Shown: piece after piece, positions 57,867-64,000 of the stretch
How the letters are laid out: every line of letters begins with the position of its first letter
How positions within the stretch are numbered: the first letter of the stretch is position 1
From: Candidatus Adlerbacteria bacterium
GTDB lineage: Bacteria > Patescibacteriota > Minisyncoccia > Phycocordibacterales > SBAW01
Direction: 5' to 3'
Length of the DNA: 64,000 nt
NCBI GenBank assembly: GCA_963749085.1
Contig: CAVVLG010000002.1
Location: 19,178-83,177, forward strand
The notes under the pieces: model-generated
Told to the model about the DNA's origin: nothing
The model's database searches: none
The model's input: the letters and a program-made list of their open reading frames with translations, nothing else
Position numbers and translations under genes: made by a program

Positions 57867-58622
57867 TTGCATTCTATGAGTGGGGGATTGCAGATATCGC
57901 TTGCGGCGCAGGGTATAACTACGCTATGGGGCATACCCATAACCAACTCGCTTATATCCGTGTGGATAGTCATTGCCATATTGTGCGTCATGGCTTTTTT
58001 TGTGGGAAGAAACGTGCGGATGATTCCGGGCAAAGTCCAAAACCTGTTTGAAATGCTCTTTGAATACGTACTGGGGTATATGGAAAATACGCTGGAAAGT
58101 CCCATGCTCGCGCAGAGGTTTTTTCCGCTTATCATGAGCATTTTTCTCTTTATTTTCGCAGCAAATTTGTTCGAATTTTTGCCGTTCGTCGACAGTATGG
58201 GATTTCAAAGCGCGAGCGGCTTCACGCCGCTCCTGCGCCCGGCTACGACGGATCTCAACGTGACGCTCGCGCTTGCCATCATTTCCTTCTTCACCATTGA
58301 AATAACGGGGATTGTCATGCTTGGCATCTGGAAGTACGGCTCAAAATTTGTTAACCTGAAAGGAGGGGTGCTCGGATTTCTCATTGGACTCATTGAGCTT
58401 GTGAGCAACATTACGCGCCTCATTTCCTTCTCGTTCCGGTTGTTCGGCAACATCTTCGCCGGCGGAGTGCTTATCGCGCTTGCGGTCGGATTTCTGCCGT
58501 TGGTCTTACCAGTGCCGCTCATGCTCTTCGAGACGTTCGTGGGACTCGTGCAGGCGGCAATATTCGCACTTCTGACGTTGGCATTCATCAAGATAGCCAT
58601 CACGGAGGCGCACGCACACTAG
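57867..58622 (+). CDS. atpB: F0F1 ATP synthase subunit a
   Basis: ...SFSFRLFGNIFAGGVLIAL... contains the conserved Arg-helix motif. Confidence 0.85.
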   Translation: MHSMSGGLQISLAAQGITTLWGIPITNSLISVWIVIAILCVMAFFVGRNVRMIPGKVQNLFEMLFEYVLGYMENTLESPMLAQRFFPLIMSIFLFIFAANLFEFLPFVDSMGFQSASGFTPLLRPATTDLNVTLALAIISFFTIEITGIVMLGIWKYGSKFVNLKGGVLGFLIGLIELVSNITRLISFSFRLFGNIFAGGVLIALAVGFLPLVLPVPLMLFETFVGLVQAAIFALLTLAFIKIAITEAHAH

Positions 58623-58877
<255 letters not shown>

Positions 58878-58889
58878 ACTTTCTTTCTC

Positions 58890-59336
58890 ATGGCGCAAGT
58901 GCTTGGCATATTCGGCATCGACTGGCGACTTCTCGTCATCAACACGATTAATTTCGCATTGGTGCTTTTAGTGTTGTGGTATTTCCTGTACACGCCCCTT
59001 ATGCGCATGCTCGAAGCGCGCCGGCAGAAGGTAATTAAAGGCGTGGAAGACGCCGAGGAGGCCACTCGGAAACTCCACATCACCGAAGGGGAGAAAGCAG
59101 GAATTCTTGCTCGCGCCGGACAGGAAGCCGATGAGGTGCTTCAAAAAGCTCGAGCCGCCGCGGCTGAGAAGGAGCGAGCCATGGTAGCGGCAAGCGAGGT
59201 ACGCGCCGCGGCAGTGTTAAGCGATGCAGAGCGCGAAGCGAAGGAATTGAAGAATCGCGCGATAAAGGAAAGCAAGCAGGAGGTCGCCAAGCTTGTGGTG
59301 CTAGGGATGGATAAGGCGTTCGCGCGACACAAATGA
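58890..59336 (+). CDS. atpF: F0F1 ATP synthase subunit b
   Basis: N-terminal TM helix, then a long charged helix ...RRQKVIKGVEDAEEATRKL.... Confidence 0.75.
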   Translation: MAQVLGIFGIDWRLLVINTINFALVLLVLWYFLYTPLMRMLEARRQKVIKGVEDAEEATRKLHITEGEKAGILARAGQEADEVLQKARAAAAEKERAMVAASEVRAAAVLSDAEREAKELKNRAIKESKQEVAKLVVLGMDKAFARHK

Positions 59337-59587
59337 CCGCCGCTGCCTCCTACGCCCGTGCGCTCTATGAGCTTGCCGAGGAACATCCGCGGTCCGCGCG
59401 CGCGTATCTGAAACACATGCGCGAAGCGCTCAAGCGGCGCGGCCAGAGCAAATTACTGCCTACTATTCTCAGCGAGTATCAAAAACTCCAGACTGCCGCG
59501 GCTCGTCGTACTATGTATGCCACGGTGACGCCCGAGATGGAGCGCACCAGGATACTGCTGGAGCTCTACCGAAAACTGATTTCCTAA
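59333..59587 (+). CDS. atpH: F0F1 ATP synthase subunit delta-like (OSCP N-terminal helical domain only, 84 aa)
   Basis: ASYARALYELAEEH...YLKHMREALKRRG is OSCP N-domain-like. It is translationally coupled between atpF and atpA. Confidence 0.55.
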   Translation: MTAAASYARALYELAEEHPRSARAYLKHMREALKRRGQSKLLPTILSEYQKLQTAAARRTMYATVTPEMERTRILLELYRKLIS

Positions 59588-59588
59588 C

Positions 59589-61148
59589 ATGCCAAACTTC
59601 ATAGAGCAATTTAAAAAAGAAATAGAAGGCTTCACGCCCGAAGCAAGGCCTCTCAACAGCGGGACGGTCATTCGCGTCGGCGACGGCGTCGCCGAGATTG
59701 AAGGTCTTGCGGGAGCCGCCATGTCAGAGATGGTGCGGTTTGATATCGCCTCACGGGAGAAACTCGACACGGCGCTTACGATGCCGGCGGATGTGTTAGG
59801 TGTCATTTTGAATCTCGAAGAAGAGTCGGTGCGCGTCATCATTTTAGGCGACGTTGGTTTGGTGCGCGAGGGCATGACCGTTTCCTCAACCGGCACTATC
59901 CTTTCCATACCCGTGGGGGAGGCGATGCTCGGCCGTGTCGTCTCGGCGCTTGGCGAGCCGCTCGACGGTCTTGGCCCCATTGCCACAACCAAACGAAATC
60001 CCATAGAGCGCGAAGCCTACGGCGTCATGGAACGCCAGTCGGTGAATCAGCCGCTTCATACCGGTATTAAGGCTATCGACTCGATGATCCCCATTGGTCG
60101 CGGCCAGCGCGAACTTATCATCGGCGATCGCTACACGGGAAAAACAACCGTAGGCATCGATACCATTCTCAATCAAAAATCGGAACCGAAGGAAAGCAGG
60201 CCCATATGCATCTACGTCTCGGTGGGGCAGAAGGAGAGCAAAACAGCACGACTTGCCGCGCTCCTCAAGGAGCGAGGCGCCATGGACTACACTATTTTCG
60301 TTGATGCCGGGGCGTCCGCGCCGGCGGCGCTTCAATATCTGGCACCCTTTGCCGGAGCGGCCATTGGAGAATATTTTATGGATCAGGGCCGCGACGCCCT
60401 CATTATTTACGACGATCTTTCCAAGCACGCGGTCGCATACCGGCAACTCTCGCTTCTCCTGCGCCGCCCGCCCGGCCGCGAAGCTTACCCCGGCGATGTG
60501 TTCTATCTCCACTCGCGTCTGCTTGAGCGCGCAGCGAAACTCTCCAAGGAAAAAGGCGCCGGCTCCCTCACCGCGCTCCCCATCATCGAGACGCAGGAGA
60601 ACGACGTCTCCGGCTATATCCCGACCAACGTCATCTCCATAACGGACGGACAGATTTTTTTGGAAACCGATTTGTTTAACAAAGGTATGCGGCCCGCCAT
60701 TAACGCAGGGCTCTCCGTCTCGCGCGTGGGTTCCTCGGCGCAGACGAAGGCCATGAAAAAAGTTTCAGGTCGCATCAAGCTTGAACTCGCGCAGTTCCGC
60801 GAGCTTGAAGCCTTCATGCAATTTTCCCAAGACCTCGACCAGGACACCAAAAACCGCATCGAGTTCGGCGAGCGCATGATGGCGACCCTGAAGCAAAAAA
60901 ACGGCGAACCCATGGCGTTTCAAGAGCAGGCGGTGGTCATTTACGCGGCTATAAACGGCTACCTTGTGAAGGTTGTTGTGGCGCGCGTGCCGGAATACGA
61001 ACAGAAATTTCTTGCCTTTTTAGAGGCGGAAGCGCCGGCGATACTCCAGAGCATTGAACGCTCTCGTGATATGGTCCCACAAACCGAAGCAGAACTGAAA
61101 GTGCAACTCAAGCGATTTGAAGAAACGCATCCAGATCTTTTCACTTAA
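59589..61148 (+). CDS. atpA: F0F1 ATP synthase subunit alpha
   Basis: GDRYTGKTTVGIDTILNQ...ALIIYDDLSKHAVAYRQLSLLLRRPPGREAYPGDVFYLHSRLLERAA. Confidence 0.9.
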   Translation: MPNFIEQFKKEIEGFTPEARPLNSGTVIRVGDGVAEIEGLAGAAMSEMVRFDIASREKLDTALTMPADVLGVILNLEEESVRVIILGDVGLVREGMTVSSTGTILSIPVGEAMLGRVVSALGEPLDGLGPIATTKRNPIEREAYGVMERQSVNQPLHTGIKAIDSMIPIGRGQRELIIGDRYTGKTTVGIDTILNQKSEPKESRPICIYVSVGQKESKTARLAALLKERGAMDYTIFVDAGASAPAALQYLAPFAGAAIGEYFMDQGRDALIIYDDLSKHAVAYRQLSLLLRRPPGREAYPGDVFYLHSRLLERAAKLSKEKGAGSLTALPIIETQENDVSGYIPTNVISITDGQIFLETDLFNKGMRPAINAGLSVSRVGSSAQTKAMKKVSGRIKLELAQFRELEAFMQFSQDLDQDTKNRIEFGERMMATLKQKNGEPMAFQEQAVVIYAAINGYLVKVVVARVPEYEQKFLAFLEAEAPAILQSIERSRDMVPQTEAELKVQLKRFEETHPDLFT

Positions 61149-61151
61149 TCT

Positions 61152-63676
<2,525 letters not shown>

Positions 63677-63698
63677 TATATTCTGTGTGCTAAAAAAC

Positions 63699-63769
63699 GG
63701 GCCCATAGTATAGCGGTAGAACGGTTCCATGGCATGGAACAGGTCGGGGTTCGACTCCCCGTGGGTCCA
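63699..63769 (+). tRNA. tRNA-Ala (anticodon GGC), G3:U70, no CCA
   Basis: GGGCCCA-TA-GTAT-AGCGGTA-GAAC-G-GTTCC-ATGGCAT-GGAAC-AGGTC-GGGGTTCGACTCCCC-GTGGGTCC-A. Confidence 0.75.
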
Positions 63770-63774
63770 CAAAT

Positions 63775-63802
63775 TTGACAAGACCACATATATTTGTATA
63801 CT
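63775..63802 (+). promoter_or_regulatory. Promoter/leader module copy E (TTGACA, 16 nt, TG-extended TATACT) directly after tRNA-Ala(GGC); interrupted 18 bp later by the IS3 copy
   Basis: Same tCCACAAATTTGACA junction as the cassette copies. Confidence 0.45.
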
Positions 63803-63819
63803 GCAAGGCAGTTGCAAAA

Positions 63820-64000
63820 TGGCAGGTACCCCGAAATTTTCTCACCAAGTCGATGAGATTAACCGCTCATTTTTAGTAGAATCGAGGTATGAAGAAAGCA
63901 CATCGCATATCGCAGGAGGTGAAGGATCAGATCCTTGGGCGCATTAGAAACGAAGGGGTGCCGGTCGCGCAAGCGGCCAAAGAGCACGGCCTCCATGAGA
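63820..64000 (+). mobile_element. Second IS3-family element (left end, partial; diverged paralogue of the 9937 copy)
   Basis: Left inverted repeat TGGCAGGTACCCCGAAATTTTCTCACCAAGT, about 90% identical to 9937-9967. OrfA starts at 63889. Confidence 0.7.
63889..64000 (+). CDS. IS3-family transposase OrfA (partial, runs off the window end)
   Basis: MKKAHRISQEVKDQILGRIRNEGVPVAQAAKEHGLHE, compared with MKKGHRVAPEVKEQILGRIKNEGVSIAEAAKEHGITS in copy 1. Confidence 0.75.
   Translation, partial: MKKAHRISQEVKDQILGRIRNEGVPVAQAAKEHGLHE

Noticed and set aside
59453-60913. Minus-strand ORFs (183, 208 and 99 aa) within atpA
   Set aside because: Antisense to the ATP synthase alpha gene, which is conserved along its whole length.

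Overview
This 64 kb window is a gene-dense bacterial chromosome segment, about 52-55% GC. The compact proteins (an IF-2 whose G domain starts at residue ~15, an 84-aa ATP-synthase delta, a 520-aa Rel, a DUF4446 protein) suggest a reduced-genome Patescibacteria/CPR-like organism; that is inference only.

Housekeeping content:
- Translation, chaperone and replication genes: infB (partial), cysteine desulfurase, clpB, rpmG, miaA, parB, rel/spoT, topA, serS, an FtsQ-like protein, dus, dnaX, rarA.
- Repair, cell wall and stress genes: msrA, tgt, uvrB-uvrA-uvrC, a class I/II aminotransferase, ddl, a pterin dehydratase.
- A complete F1Fo ATP synthase operon, atpBEFHAGDC.
- Ten tRNAs by my reading: Tyr-GTA, Trp-CCA, Leu-CAA, Gln-TTG, Ala-TGC, Val-CAC, Pro-CGG, Ala-CGC and Ala-GGC (nine annotated below); Pro-CGG is structurally atypical.

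Accessory content:
1. A nested insertion element. An IS5-family element (IS427/IS1031-like, two-frame transposase) sits inside the left end of an IS3-family element (orfA/orfB with an A_AAA_AAG slippery site). The IS3 element lies 7 bp from the 3' end of tRNA-Leu. A second, diverged IS3 copy begins at the window end, next to tRNA-Ala(GGC).
2. A roughly 4 kb hypervariable island (about 53.4-57.35 kb) between phhB and the atp operon. Real tRNAs and three tandem cassettes each consist of a perfect TTGACA -35 plus TG-extended -10 promoter, a conserved ~70-nt leader, an unrelated small ORF, an intrinsic terminator and a conserved ~170-bp 3' module. The 3' module ends in a tRNA-3'-end-like GTGTCCA-CAAATTTGACA junction. 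One cassette carries only the C-terminal half of a patatin-like phospholipase fused to the leader and first codons of a sibling cassette. This looks like an undescribed tRNA-anchored cassette array, integron-like or tandem duplication-derived, with no recombinase in view.
3. An ECF sigma, putative anti-sigma and MacAB-type ABC/membrane-fusion efflux cluster.
4. An extracytoplasmic protein maintenance cluster: MsrA, a zincin-like protein, VKOR, a CAP-domain protein, a C39-like peptidase and an FKBP.
5. A 617-aa secreted protein with Ig-like repeats, a VirB2/TrbC-like hydrophobic hairpin and a 17-Cys C-terminal domain.
6. An orotate-PRTase-like protein with a degenerate PRPP motif.

There is no CRISPR array or recognisable prophage. 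Many long antisense ORFs in the six-frame track are GC-driven artefacts.
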